Shown here one piece after another: positions 45,222 to 55,424 of a stretch of 64,000 nt of DNA. The position numbers were made by a program, and so were the translations under genes. The stretch comes from Caulobacteraceae bacterium UBA3198 (GTDB lineage Bacteria > Pseudomonadota > Alphaproteobacteria > Caulobacterales > Caulobacteraceae), in the NCBI GenBank assembly GCA_002363865.1, contig DEWY01000015.1, positions 156,225 to 220,224 on the forward strand, read 5' to 3'. A model generated the notes under the pieces. It was not told where the DNA came from, searched no databases, and saw nothing but the letters and a program-made list of their open reading frames with translations. Every line of letters starts with the position of its first letter. Positions within the stretch are counted from its first letter, which is position 1.

Positions 45222-47165
45222 ATGATCTCCGCTTTTCGCGCCTTCGCCAAATCCTGGGTGGCGGCCATCCTGATCGGCCTGCTGGTCATCAGCTTCGCCG
45301 TGTTCGGCATGTCCGACATCCTCCAGGGACAGATTTCTTCTTCTGTGGTGAAGGCCGGCGGCCGAAGCTTCAGCGATCAGGACTTCCGCCGGGAATATGA
45401 CCAGTGGCGCCAGGGCGCCGAGCAGCAGATGGGCCAGCCCATCACGCCCCAGATGGCGGCGGATAATGGCGTGATCGCCGGCCTGCTGGAGCAGGTGGCG
45501 ACACGGGAGTCCCTGGCTGAAATGCTGGACCGCATGGGTCTGCGCCCGGGCGACAGCCTCGTGGCCGACCAGCTCCGTCAGATCCCGGCCTTCTTCGATC
45601 CCATCAGCGGGCGTTTCGACAAGAACCTCATGGAGCAGCGCCTGGGGGAGACCAATCTCACCTCCGACCGCTTCATCGAAGTGCTTGAGGACGAGATCGC
45701 GCAGCAGCATTTCGCCTCAGGTCTGGTCAGCGGCCTGCGGGCGCCCCGGGCCTATGGCGCCCTGGCGGCCATGGTCGACCTGGAGCAGCGCGACGTGGGC
45801 TACTTCCCGGTGGGAATCGCTTCGGTCGAGGCGCCTGGCGCGCCGACCGACGCCCAACTCCAAGCCTTCATGGAAGAGAACGCCGACCAGTTGCGCATGC
45901 CGGAATTCCGGGTGCTCTCCATCGTGCGCTTCGCGCCCCGGGCGCAGGACCTTGAGGCCGAGGTCTCCCAGGCCGACCTCGAAGAACGCTTCGCCTTCCG
46001 GCGCGACACCCTCTCCCAGCCCGAGACCCGGACCCTGGTGCAGATCCCCGCCAAGGATCAGGCGACCGCCGCCCGCATCGCTCAGCGTCTTCGTCAGGGC
46101 GAGGCGCCGGCCGCCGTCGCGCAGGATCTGGGCGTCGAGCCGGTGACCTATGACGCTCGTCCCCGCAGCGCTATCGCCGACCGCAAGGTGGCGGAAGCGG
46201 CCTTCGGCCTGGCGCAAGGCGCCGTCAGCGACCCCATTGAGGGCGATCTGGGGCTGTCGGTGGTCAAGGTCACATCCATCACGCCGGGCCGCGAACCCAC
46301 CCTTGAAGACGTGCGTCCGATGCTGGAGGCCGAGATTCGCCGAGATCAGGCCGCCGAGAAGGTCTACGAGCGCACCCAGACCTACGAAGAGGCCCATATC
46401 GGCGGCGCCACCCTCGCCGAAGCGGCGCAGGCGGCTGGCGCGACGGTCATCACCCTCCCGGCGGTGAGCGAGCAGGGCCGCGATCAGGAAGGCCAGCCCG
46501 TTCAAGGCGTGACGCCGAAGATCCTGGAGACGGCCTTCGGCTTGTCCGAGGGCTCTGAATCCGATCTGACGGAGCTCACCGAAGGCGAGTATTTCGCCGT
46601 CCGCACCGAGCGCGTGATCCCCGCGGCCCTGCCGCCCCTCGACGAGGTCCGGCCGCTGCTTACCCAGGTCTGGATGCAGCGCGAAATGCTCCGCCGCCTG
46701 GAGGCCAAGGCCACGGAACTGGCCGAGGCCGTCCGCGGCGGCCAGAGCCTGGAGGCCGCCGCCAGCTCCATCGGGGCTCGCGTGACCCGCGCCACCGGGC
46801 TCAGCCGCGCCACCGCTCAGCCCGGCGAACGCCTGTCCGAGGACGCCCTGGTGCGCGCCTTCGGCGCCGCCCCGCAGGAGGTGTTCACCGCCCGCGACGT
46901 CCAGTTCGGCATGGTGGTCGGCAAGCTTGAGGCGGTCCGCCCTGGTGACGTCGCCCAGGTGGCCCAGGCCGTCGAGGACGGGCGCGGTCAGGCGAGCATG
47001 GCGCTCTTCCGCGACATGGCCGAGGCCTCAAGCCTGGCGGCCCGCGACAAGGTCAAGGTCCGGGTGGACGAGGCCCGCGCCCGGGCGGTTCTGGGGCTGG
47101 ATCCGGAAGTCCCCGCCCCCAAGGCCGCCGCCAAGACGCCGGCTTCGAAGGAGTTCGCCGAGTGA
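45222..47165 (+). CDS. ppiD: PpiD/SurA-type periplasmic chaperone (peptidyl-prolyl isomerase D)
   Basis: N-terminal TM (ILIGLLVISFAVFG), SurA-like N domain, rotamase-like segment; conserved between tpiA and trpE; SD GAGGAAGG. Confidence 0.85.
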   Translation: MISAFRAFAKSWVAAILIGLLVISFAVFGMSDILQGQISSSVVKAGGRSFSDQDFRREYDQWRQGAEQQMGQPITPQMAADNGVIAGLLEQVATRESLAEMLDRMGLRPGDSLVADQLRQIPAFFDPISGRFDKNLMEQRLGETNLTSDRFIEVLEDEIAQQHFASGLVSGLRAPRAYGALAAMVDLEQRDVGYFPVGIASVEAPGAPTDAQLQAFMEENADQLRMPEFRVLSIVRFAPRAQDLEAEVSQADLEERFAFRRDTLSQPETRTLVQIPAKDQATAARIAQRLRQGEAPAAVAQDLGVEPVTYDARPRSAIADRKVAEAAFGLAQGAVSDPIEGDLGLSVVKVTSITPGREPTLEDVRPMLEAEIRRDQAAEKVYERTQTYEEAHIGGATLAEAAQAAGATVITLPAVSEQGRDQEGQPVQGVTPKILETAFGLSEGSESDLTELTEGEYFAVRTERVIPAALPPLDEVRPLLTQVWMQREMLRRLEAKATELAEAVRGGQSLEAAASSIGARVTRATGLSRATAQPGERLSEDALVRAFGAAPQEVFTARDVQFGMVVGKLEAVRPGDVAQVAQAVEDGRGQASMALFRDMAEASSLAARDKVKVRVDEARARAVLGLDPEVPAPKAAAKTPASKEFAE

Positions 47166-48694
47166 GCCTGGAGCCCGATTCCGCCGACTTCGCCGCCCAA
47201 TACGCCTCGGGCGCCGCCCAGGTCGTCTGGACCCGCCTGATCGACGACCTGGAAACGCCGGTCTCGGCCTATCTGAAGATCGCTCAGGGCCAGCCCTACG
47301 CCTTCCTGTTTGAGTCGGTGGAGGGCGGCGCCTGGCGGGGTCGCTATTCGGTGATCACCCTCAAGCCGGACCTGGTCTGGCGCTGTCGGGGTCAGGTCGC
47401 CGAGATCGCCGAGGGCGACGACATCGCTGCAGGTCGGTTCACGCCGCAGACCGCCCAGACCCTCGATTCCCTGCGGGACCTAGTGGCCAGCGCTCGCCTG
47501 GAGATCCCCAAGGGTCTGCCGCCCATGGTGGCGGGCGTGTTCGGCGCCCTCGGCTATGACATGGTCCGGCTGGTGGAGCGCCTGCCCAACGTCAATCCTG
47601 ATCCGCTGGGCCTGCCCGACGGCATCATGACCCGCCCCTCCATCGTCGCCATCTTCGATTCGATCGGACAGGAGATCATCCTGGCGACGACAGTGCGTCC
47701 GGGCCCGGACTCGGCCGAGGCCGCCTATGCGGCGGCCAAGGCCCGCCTGGAAGCTGTGCAAGACGACCTGCGCCGGCCCGCCCCGGGCCTGACCGGCCAG
47801 GGCGTCCCAACGCCAGACGCCTTCACGACGCCGGTCAGCCGCGAGACCTATCGAGACATCGTCGAGAAGGCCAAGGCCTACATCCGGGCCGGCGACATCT
47901 TCCAGGTCGTGCCGAGCCACCGGTTCCGCGCACCCTTCCCCCTCGATCCCCTGGCGCTTTACCGCTCACTTCGGCGCACCAATCCGTCGCCCTTCCTGTT
48001 CTATCTGAACTTCGGGGACTTCCAGTTGGCGGGCTCCAGCCCGGAAATCCTGGTCCGCCTGCGGGACGGGAAGATCACCATCCGCCCCCTCGCCGGCACC
48101 CGCCCGCGGGGCGCCACGCCGGAAGAGGATCTGGCCCTCGAACAGGAGCTGATCGCCGATCCCAAGGAGCGGGCTGAACACCTCATGCTGCTGGACCTCG
48201 GGCGCAACGATGTGGGCCGCGTGGCCATGCTGCGCCAGCCGGGACGGAACGCTGAGACGCCCCGGGCCAAGGGGCCGGCGGTGCGGGTGACCGACTCCTT
48301 CTTCGTCGAGCGCTACAGCCACGTCATGCACCTGGTCTCCAATGTCGAAGGCGACGCTCCGGAGGGTGTTGATCCTGTGGACGTGCTGATGGCCGCCCTG
48401 CCGGCCGGCACCCTGTCAGGGGCGCCCAAGGTCCGGGCCATGCAGATCATCGACGAGCTGGAGATCGAAAAGCGCGGCATCGGCTATGCCGGAGCGGTGG
48501 GCTATTTCGGCGCCGACGGCTCGGTGGACACCTGCATCGTCCTGCGCACGGCCTGCTTCAAGGACGGCCAGATGTTCATCCAGGCCGGCGGAGGCGTAGT
48601 GGCCGACTCCGATCCTGACGCCGAGTATGACGAGACCATGCACAAGGCCCGGGCCCTGCGCCAAGCCGCCGAGAACGCCTGGCGGTTCGTCTAG
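47162..48694 (+). CDS. trpE: Anthranilate synthase component I
   Basis: DLETPVSAYLK, FLFESVEGG..RGRYS, YI.AGDIFQVV.S, NPSPF, SSPE.LV, PLAGTR.RG, KE.AEH.ML.DLGRND, GTLSGAPK.RAM. Confidence 0.96.
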   Translation: MSLEPDSADFAAQYASGAAQVVWTRLIDDLETPVSAYLKIAQGQPYAFLFESVEGGAWRGRYSVITLKPDLVWRCRGQVAEIAEGDDIAAGRFTPQTAQTLDSLRDLVASARLEIPKGLPPMVAGVFGALGYDMVRLVERLPNVNPDPLGLPDGIMTRPSIVAIFDSIGQEIILATTVRPGPDSAEAAYAAAKARLEAVQDDLRRPAPGLTGQGVPTPDAFTTPVSRETYRDIVEKAKAYIRAGDIFQVVPSHRFRAPFPLDPLALYRSLRRTNPSPFLFYLNFGDFQLAGSSPEILVRLRDGKITIRPLAGTRPRGATPEEDLALEQELIADPKERAEHLMLLDLGRNDVGRVAMLRQPGRNAETPRAKGPAVRVTDSFFVERYSHVMHLVSNVEGDAPEGVDPVDVLMAALPAGTLSGAPKVRAMQIIDELEIEKRGIGYAGAVGYFGADGSVDTCIVLRTACFKDGQMFIQAGGGVVADSDPDAEYDETMHKARALRQAAENAWRFV

Positions 48695-48912
48695 AGCGCC
48701 AAGTCCAGCGACTCTGAATCCGTCTGCACCATCGGTTGGCTGACCACTGGCGGCGCGGTGATCATCGCGCCGGCCAAGGCCAGGGCGGCGACCGCGGCGA
48801 AGGCGGCCGCGGCGACCACGGGCCAAAGGCGCTCCTTGCTGGGCGCCGGCGCAAGCAGGCTTCTGGCCTGGGCGATGGCGTCGGAATCAAGCGCGGAATC
48901 GGTGAGCGACAT
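48691..48912 (-). CDS. Small single-pass membrane protein (73 aa)
   Basis: ATG at 48912; A.AQARSLLA....ERLWPVVAAAAFAAVAALALAGAMITAPP hydrophobic helix; shares its stop with trpE. Confidence 0.6.
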   Translation of the reverse strand: MSLTDSALDSDAIAQARSLLAPAPSKERLWPVVAAAAFAAVAALALAGAMITAPPVVSQPMVQTDSESLDLAL

Positions 48913-48990
48913 GGGTTCAGCATCAGCCCGCCCGCCCCCATATGCAACGTGGCGCTTTGCGCCCCCCGAGCTTTCGCTTAGAGGAATGGC

Positions 48991-49581
48991 ATGATCCTGG
49001 TCGTCGATAACTACGACAGCTTCACCTACAACCTCGTCCATTATCTGAACGAGCTTGGGGCCGAAACGCTGGTCCACCGCAACGATGCGTTGAGCGCCGA
49101 AGAGGCGATCGCGCTGAAGCCCGAGGGTGTGCTCCTTTCACCGGGCCCCTGCACCCCCAATGAGGCGGGCGTCTGCCTGGACCTGCTGGCCAAGGCGCCG
49201 GACGACCTGCCGATCCTGGGCGTCTGTCTCGGTCACCAGGCCATCGGCCAGGCCTTTGGCGGCGAGGTCATCCGCGCCGCCAGCCTGATGCATGGCAAGA
49301 CCAGCCCGATGCATCACACCGGCAAGGGCGTTTTCGCGGGCCTGCCCAACCCCTTCACCGCCACCCGCTATCACAGCCTTTCGGTTCGCCGGGAGACCAT
49401 GCCCGACGTTCTGGAGGTCACGGCCTGGACCGAGGATGGCGAGGTCATGGGCGTGCAGCATGTGAGCCGGCCGATCTTCGGGGTTCAGTTCCATCCCGAA
49501 TCCATCGCCACCGAGGGCGGCCACGCGCTTCTCTCCAACTTCCTGGACCTGGCCGGCGCCCGGCGCCTGAGCCTGGCCTGA
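48991..49581 (+). CDS. trpG: Anthranilate synthase component II
   Basis: [37 protein letters not shown]. Confidence 0.96.
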   Translation: MILVVDNYDSFTYNLVHYLNELGAETLVHRNDALSAEEAIALKPEGVLLSPGPCTPNEAGVCLDLLAKAPDDLPILGVCLGHQAIGQAFGGEVIRAASLMHGKTSPMHHTGKGVFAGLPNPFTATRYHSLSVRRETMPDVLEVTAWTEDGEVMGVQHVSRPIFGVQFHPESIATEGGHALLSNFLDLAGARRLSLA

Positions 49582-49590
49582 GGCCCGCCC

Positions 49591-50601
49591 ATGTCCGAGG
49601 CCTTCAAGCCGCTCCTCGCTCGCCTGGCGGACGGCGCCACACTCTCTGAGGAAGACGCCCAGGTCTTCTTCTCTGCGTGCCTGCGCGGCGAGCCGACCCC
49701 GGCCCAGGTGGCTGCAGCCCTGACCGCTATGCGCATGCGGGGCGAAACGGTGGGCGAGATCACCGCGAGCGCCCGGGCCATGCGCGAGGCGGCCGTCACC
49801 CTGGATCACCCCCATCAGGTGATCGATGTGTGCGGCACCGGCGGCGACGGGCTGCACACCCTGAACATCTCCACCGCCGTGGCCTTTGTGGCGGCGGGCG
49901 GCGGGCTGAAGGTCGCCAAGCATGGCAACCGGGCACTGTCCTCCCGGTCGGGCGCCGCCGATGTGCTGACCGCCCTTGGCGTCAACATCATGGCCGGTCG
50001 TGACCAGCAGTTGCGCGCCCTGGACGAGGCCGGCATCTGCTTCCTGTTCGCCCAGGCCCACCATGGGGCTATGAAGCACGTCTCGCCCATCCGGGCTGAG
50101 CTGGGCTTCCGCACCCTCTTCAACCTGCTGGGCCCCCTGGCCAATCCCGCCGGCGCCCAGCGGCAGGTGCTCGGCGTATTCTCCGAGCGCTGGGTCGAAC
50201 CCCTCGCCCGCGTGCTCGGCGGGCTGGGCGCCGAGCGCGCCTGGGTCGTCCATGGCGGCGGCATGGACGAGATGACCACCACGGGCGAGACCCAGGTGGC
50301 CGAATGGAAGGACGGCCAGGTTCGTCTCTTCACCATAACTCCCGACGCCGTCGGCCTGCCCAAGGCGGCTCTGTCCGACCTGACCGGCGGGGCGCCGGAG
50401 GCCAACGCCGCGGCTCTGCGTCGCTTGCTTGAGGGTGAAACCGGCGCCTATCGCGATATCGTCGCCCTGAACGCCGCAGCCGCCTTCCTGGTGGGAGAGC
50501 GGGTCGAGACCCTGCGCGAGGGCGTGGAGCTGGCCGGCCAGGTGCTGGACGACGGCCGCGCCCTGAGCGCCCTGAACAAGCTCTGCGAGATCACCGCCTG
50601 A
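49591..50601 (+). CDS. trpD: Anthranilate phosphoribosyltransferase
   Basis: D.CGTGGDG..T.NIST, KHGNR..SSRSG.ADVL, FRT.FNLLGPL.NP, HG.GMDE. Confidence 0.97.
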   Translation: MSEAFKPLLARLADGATLSEEDAQVFFSACLRGEPTPAQVAAALTAMRMRGETVGEITASARAMREAAVTLDHPHQVIDVCGTGGDGLHTLNISTAVAFVAAGGGLKVAKHGNRALSSRSGAADVLTALGVNIMAGRDQQLRALDEAGICFLFAQAHHGAMKHVSPIRAELGFRTLFNLLGPLANPAGAQRQVLGVFSERWVEPLARVLGGLGAERAWVVHGGGMDEMTTTGETQVAEWKDGQVRLFTITPDAVGLPKAALSDLTGGAPEANAAALRRLLEGETGAYRDIVALNAAAAFLVGERVETLREGVELAGQVLDDGRALSALNKLCEITA

Positions 50602-51389
50602 TGAGCGACGTGCTGGACAAGATCGCCGCCTACAAGCGCGACGAGGTGGCGAGCCGCAAGCGTGAGCGGACCCAGGCCGAGGTGGAGGCCGCGGCCAAGG
50701 CGCCCTCGCCCCCCCGCGGCTTCCTGGCCGCCTTGAAAGCCGCGCACAGGCCTGGCGGCCTCGCCCTGATCGCCGAGATCAAGAAGGCCTCCCCGTCCAA
50801 GGGCCTGATCCGCGCCGACTTCGATCCGCCATCGCTGGCCAAGGCCTATGAGGCCGGCGGCGCGGCCTGCCTGTCCATCCTCACTGACGGCCCCAGCTTC
50901 CAGGGCGCCGATTCCTATCTGAGCGCCGGCCGTGAAGCCGTCAGCCTGCCGGCCCTACGCAAGGAGTTCCTGGTCGATCCGTGGCAGGTGGCGGAATCCC
51001 GCGCGCTCGGCGCCGACGCCATCCTGATCATCCTGGCCATGGTCGATGACGTCCTGGCTGGCGAGCTGCAGGCCGAGGCCCGCCGGCTCGGCATGGACGC
51101 CCTGGTCGAGGTGCATGACGCGGATGAGATGGCCCGCGCCGGCCGCATGGGCGCAGCGCTCGTCGGGGTCAACAATCGCAACCTGCGCACCTTCGAAACC
51201 GACCTGGCGACGACCGAACGCCTCGCCGCCCTGGCGCCACCCGACGCCCTGCTGGTCACCGAGAGCGGCATCGCGGGCCCTGCCGACGTCCGACGGCTGG
51301 CGGCCGCCGGCGCCCGCGCGATGCTGGTCGGGGAAAGCCTGATGCGTCAGGCTGACGTCACCGCCGCCGTCCGCGATCTCATGTCGTGA
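50601..51389 (+). CDS. trpC: Indole-3-glycerol phosphate synthase
   Basis: [19 protein letters not shown]...FQG, LRKEF.VD.WQV.ESR..GAD, GVNNRNL, ESGI, LVGESLM. Confidence 0.97.
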   Translation: MSDVLDKIAAYKRDEVASRKRERTQAEVEAAAKAPSPPRGFLAALKAAHRPGGLALIAEIKKASPSKGLIRADFDPPSLAKAYEAGGAACLSILTDGPSFQGADSYLSAGREAVSLPALRKEFLVDPWQVAESRALGADAILIILAMVDDVLAGELQAEARRLGMDALVEVHDADEMARAGRMGAALVGVNNRNLRTFETDLATTERLAALAPPDALLVTESGIAGPADVRRLAAAGARAMLVGESLMRQADVTAAVRDLMS

Positions 51390-52348
51390 TCTGGCGGGGC
51401 AAGGCCGCCCGCCGCGTCGCCGCCGCCAAGGCCCGTCAGCCCGGAAAGGCCCTGGCCGCGCCCGGGGGCTGGGTCTTCCTGGTCAATGACACCAATGACT
51501 TCCTGCCCTGGCAGTTCGGGATCACCCGATGGACCAGGGGTGAGCGCGAGCAGGTCGCGGCCATACTGAAGGCGCGGCTCGAGGCTCTGGCGCCGACCCC
51601 CTATCTGATGTTCATCACGCCCGAGAAGAGCGTCGCCTATCAGGAATACCTGCCGATGGGCCTGGCGGAGCTGAAGTCCGACTCTGGCCGCCCCGCGACC
51701 TGGATGGCCAGACACTTCCCGGCGCAGGTCCGATACCTCCAGCCCTGGTTTGAGCGGATGAAGCGGCTGGGCTTCCTCTATTTCCGTGGCGACACCCATG
51801 TGAACTGGCTGGGAGGCTACCTGCTCTACCGATTTGTGATCGAGACCCTCGATAAGGCCGGCATCATCACCCGCCCGGCCATCACCTCCAGCGAACTGCT
51901 GCCGGCAGGGGCGGGGTTCGAAGGCGACGTATACGTCCAGCTCGATGAGACCCAGCGACCGGAGTTCGACGTCGACGCCGACTATGGCCGCTGGCGGGCC
52001 ATGCTCGAGATCACCATCAAGTACGATATGGACGAGGCCCTGATCCGAGCCAAACGCCTGACGCTCACGCCCGAGGATCAGGCCGGCTTCCACGGCCGGG
52101 AGATGCTCATCTACGAAATCCCCGATTCGGATCTGCCGCGAGCTGTGGTCTTCCGCGACTCCACCGCCACCGATTCGATTCCCTTCCTGGCCGAGCACTT
52201 CTCCCGCTCGGTCTATGTCTGGCACGAAGGCGACGTGCTGGCCGAGATCATCCAGCGTGAGCAGCCCGATGTGGTCCTGCACTTTGTCGCAGAACGCTTT
52301 CTGGCCACCTACCCCACCACTCTGCCGCTGAACTTCGCCGCCCCCTGA
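51386..52348 (+). CDS. AlgJ/AlgX-type SGNH-like O-acetyltransferase/esterase domain protein
   Basis: [26 protein letters not shown] (D-x-H), VFRDS (GDS-like), [13 protein letters not shown]; GTG start overlaps the trpC stop. Confidence 0.65.
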   Translation: MIWRGKAARRVAAAKARQPGKALAAPGGWVFLVNDTNDFLPWQFGITRWTRGEREQVAAILKARLEALAPTPYLMFITPEKSVAYQEYLPMGLAELKSDSGRPATWMARHFPAQVRYLQPWFERMKRLGFLYFRGDTHVNWLGGYLLYRFVIETLDKAGIITRPAITSSELLPAGAGFEGDVYVQLDETQRPEFDVDADYGRWRAMLEITIKYDMDEALIRAKRLTLTPEDQAGFHGREMLIYEIPDSDLPRAVVFRDSTATDSIPFLAEHFSRSVYVWHEGDVLAEIIQREQPDVVLHFVAERFLATYPTTLPLNFAAP

Positions 52349-52402
52349 CCCGCGGGCCCGTCGTCTTCCCAGGCCCGTCCCCGGTAACTTGACATTAATA
52401 TA

Positions 52403-52417
52403 GAACGCCTAGAGAAC
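52403..52417 (+). promoter_or_regulatory. Alphaproteobacterial LexA box
   Basis: GAAC-GCCTAGA-GAAC (GAAC-N7-GAAC), 43 nt upstream of the lexA ATG. Confidence 0.85.
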
Positions 52418-52426
52418 ATCGCTAAC

Positions 52427-52441
52427 GTTTGCGCTTTGTTC
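52427..52441 (+). promoter_or_regulatory. Second, degenerate LexA box in opposite orientation
   Basis: GTTT-GCGCTTT-GTTC, one mismatch to GTTC-N7-GTTC. Confidence 0.55.
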
Positions 52442-52459
52442 TCAAGGTTGGGAAGACCC

Positions 52460-53152
52460 ATGCTGACCCGTAAGCAGCACGAACTGCTCATGTTCATCCA
52501 TGAGCGGATCAAGGAAACCGGCGTCTCGCCCTCCTTCGACGAGATGAAGGAGGCCTTGGACCTGGCGTCCAAGTCCGGGATCCACCGGTTGATCACCGCC
52601 CTGGAGGAACGGGGCTTTCTCCGGCGCCTGCCCCACCGGGCTCGGGCGCTGGAGGTCGTGAAGCTTCCGCAGGAGGCGACCACCTCGGCTCCGCCCAAGG
52701 GGCGCCAGGCTTTCAAGCCGCAGTTGGTGGCGCCCGGCGAGGCCGCGCCAGCGGCCGCGGCTAACGACACCCGAGAGCTCTCGGTGCTCGGCAAAATCGC
52801 AGCGGGCACACCCATTGAGGCGATCCAGCAGGAAAGGGACCGTCTGCATGTGCCCGAATCCATGCTGGGCGCGGGCGAACACTTCGTCCTGGAGGTCCAG
52901 GGCGATTCGATGATCAACGCCGGCATCCTGGACGGCGACTATGTGGTGATCCGGCGGGCGGACTCCGCCAATTCGGGCGAGATCGTCGTCGCCCTGGTTA
53001 TGGGCGAAGAGGCCACGCTGAAGCGACTGCGCCGCAAGGGCGCTTCCATCGCTCTGGAAGCGGCGAACCCGGCCTATGAGACCCGGATCTTTGGCCCCGA
53101 TCAGGTCGCCGTGCAGGGTCGCCTGGTCGGCCTCATTCGTCGCTACCACTAG
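52460..53152 (+). CDS. lexA: SOS repressor LexA
   Basis: [60 protein letters not shown]. Confidence 0.97.
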   Translation: MLTRKQHELLMFIHERIKETGVSPSFDEMKEALDLASKSGIHRLITALEERGFLRRLPHRARALEVVKLPQEATTSAPPKGRQAFKPQLVAPGEAAPAAAANDTRELSVLGKIAAGTPIEAIQQERDRLHVPESMLGAGEHFVLEVQGDSMINAGILDGDYVVIRRADSANSGEIVVALVMGEEATLKRLRRKGASIALEAANPAYETRIFGPDQVAVQGRLVGLIRRYH

Positions 53153-55424
53153 ATCCCCAGCTCCAGGGTCTGCGGCCACGCAGGTCCTGCGCCCACTGGG
53201 CGCGCCAGACCCCGTCCCGCCCCCGACCTAGCTCCACCGACCCGCCCTGGGCGAAGTCTTCGCCGCTCAGGACGATCCGCCCCGGACACGGCTCCGGAGG
53301 CAAGGCGGGCCGCACGATCACGAGTTCGGCTGAGGCGCAAAGCCCTCTCAGAGTGCCGGCGTCAGGCGGCTTGCGGCTCCAGTAGGCGGCGATGGAGACT
53401 GGCGCAGCTGGCCGCGGCCGGCAGGTCCAACGGTCGCAGGCGAACAGGGCCTCCCGCGGCGGCTCACCCTGGGTCGGCGTCAGGCCCCAGCGCTGAGCCC
53501 AGCGCTCTGCGGCGAACCGCTTGACATCTGGGCGTAGCAGGACCGCCTCGTCCCCCAGCCGCACCGCGACCTGCGCGCCATCGGCCGCGATCCAGACCCC
53601 CGGGGCCTCGGGGCGAGGCGCCAGGCTCACGGCCAGGGCGAAGGGCAGGCCGATCCAGCGGACGGGACCACGCCATAGGCACATCCATAGGATCCCGAGG
53701 AAGGCGCTGGGCAGGGCCCAGGCGGGCGCGCTTGAGACCAGCATGTTGGCGCCCGGCGCCTCAGCGGCCGCCTCCGCCACCCGGGTGATCGCCTCTATCC
53801 CCCAGCCGGACACCATCAGAGGGATGTCGCCCAATCCGATGGGGGTCAGGGCGGCCCCTATGGCGAGGCTGGGCATCATCAGAAACGATGAAATCGGCGA
53901 CGCCGCCAGGTTCGCCGCCAGCCCGTAGGTGGCCATGCGGTTGAAATGCTGAAGGGCGAAAGGCCCGGTCGCCATGCCCGCCACAAGACTGGCGGCCAGG
54001 CTGGCGGCCAGCCAGGTCATGGCGGTCTGAACCAGCCGGATGGGCCAGGGCGCGCTGATTTCCCGGATCGCCCTTGGCCAGGCCTCGGCAAGCGCCACCA
54101 GGGCCGCGGTGGCGGCGAAGGACATCTGGAAGCCCGGCTCGGTCACCGCCTCGGGATGGATCAGCATGACGATCAGGGCGGCGAGCGCCAGACCATGCAG
54201 GCTGATGGCCCGCCGGTCGAAGATCACCGCGGCAAAGGCCACCGAGGCGGTGATCGCAGCGCGCTCCGCCGGCGCCGGCGCCCCGGAGACCACCAGGTAG
54301 CAGGCCACGGCCGCCAGACCCATGAGGGCCGCAACCTTCTTGCTCGACACCCGCAGGGCGAGCCACGGCCAGGCCGCGACGCCCGCGCGGACGGCGGCGA
54401 AAGCGAAGCCGCCGACGATGGCCATGTGGAGTCCCGAAATGGAGATCAGGTGGGCGAGCCCCGAGGCCCGCATATGCTCGATCTGTTCGGGCGGGATGAA
54501 GGCCTGATTTCCCATCACCATGGCCGCCGCCAGCCCGCCAGTCTCCGGCCCCATGCTGGCGACGATCTGCTGGGCCAGACGCCAGCGGGCCGCGTTGATC
54601 TTCATGTCGAGCCGCAGCCGTGGAGGCGGGGCCAGAAGTCGCAGGCGCTCGGGCGGCGTCAGCGCAAATCCCACGCCGCCGATGCTCTCGTAGAAGGCGT
54701 CCCGGGCGAAGTCATAGCCGCCGGGGCTTGCGGGCGGCGGCGGTGGGTTCAACAGAGCGAGCACCCGCAGCGCTGCCCCGGGTGCTGGTGGTACGACGCC
54801 GCGAAGGGTCACCCGCACGCGCGTCGGCGTGACCTCCGGCGCAAGCCCCTCGATCTGTGTCGGGGCGATGATGATGCGGCTGCCGCCACTCTGCCCCGGA
54901 CTGGCCACGTCGACCACCCAGCCTTCGATCTGGACCGGGCCAGAGACAGCAGGGGCGACCGGGCCCGCCACAGCCTGGGTTCGAAGCTTGGCGGTGGAGA
55001 ACCCCGCCAGCGCGAAGGCTGCGAGAATCAGCACCAGCGCCGTCTCGCGTCGGACCGGCAGCCGCCTGGCGGCCACCAAAAGTGTGAGGGCCAGGCCCAG
55101 AAAGCCCACCGCCACGCCCGTCAGGGGCTCTCGTCCAAGCCCAAAATAGACAGCACAGCCCATGCCGAAGGCGACCGGGGTCCACAGGCTCCACCGGTCG
55201 GCCTGGTCGGCCATCTGCCGACCGAGAAGGCCCAGGATCGCCCGCACACTAGGAGGGCTGGACAGGCGCGTGCTAAGACGCCGGCCCCATCGCCCGGCGA
55301 TCCCGCCGGCCTGCGACACCTCAAGACCCCCGACCTCGATGCCCGACCGTCCCGTCGTCACCCGGATCGCCCCTTCCCCCACCGGCTCCATGCACATAGG
55401 CACGGCCCGGACGGCGCTTTTCAA
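53133..55424 (-). CDS. comEC: ComEC/Rec2 family competence membrane protein (start uncertain)
   Basis: [37 protein letters not shown] motifs. The maximal ORF overlaps the gltX start, so the true start is probably below 55339. Confidence 0.88.
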   Translation of the reverse strand: MKSAVRAVPMCMEPVGEGAIRVTTGRSGIEVGGLEVSQAGGIAGRWGRRLSTRLSSPPSVRAILGLLGRQMADQADRWSLWTPVAFGMGCAVYFGLGREPLTGVAVGFLGLALTLLVAARRLPVRRETALVLILAAFALAGFSTAKLRTQAVAGPVAPAVSGPVQIEGWVVDVASPGQSGGSRIIIAPTQIEGLAPEVTPTRVRVTLRGVVPPAPGAALRVLALLNPPPPPASPGGYDFARDAFYESIGGVGFALTPPERLRLLAPPPRLRLDMKINAARWRLAQQIVASMGPETGGLAAAMVMGNQAFIPPEQIEHMRASGLAHLISISGLHMAIVGGFAFAAVRAGVAAWPWLALRVSSKKVAALMGLAAVACYLVVSGAPAPAERAAITASVAFAAVIFDRRAISLHGLALAALIVMLIHPEAVTEPGFQMSFAATAALVALAEAWPRAIREISAPWPIRLVQTAMTWLAASLAASLVAGMATGPFALQHFNRMATYGLAANLAASPISSFLMMPSLAIGAALTPIGLGDIPLMVSGWGIEAITRVAEAAAEAPGANMLVSSAPAWALPSAFLGILWMCLWRGPVRWIGLPFALAVSLAPRPEAPGVWIAADGAQVAVRLGDEAVLLRPDVKRFAAERWAQRWGLTPTQGEPPREALFACDRWTCRPRPAAPVSIAAYWSRKPPDAGTLRGLCASAELVIVRPALPPEPCPGRIVLSGEDFAQGGSVELGRGRDGVWRAQWAQDLRGRRPWSWGSSGSDE

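Noticed and set aside
47100-47165. trp attenuator or leader peptide before trpE
   Set aside because: The trpE GTG overlaps the ppiD stop; there is no leader region or Trp-codon peptide.
48225-48285. About 14-aa insertion in TrpE (MLRQPGRNAETPRAKG)
   Set aside because: Probably a surface-loop, lineage-level insertion; all catalytic motifs are intact and I have no evidence of function.
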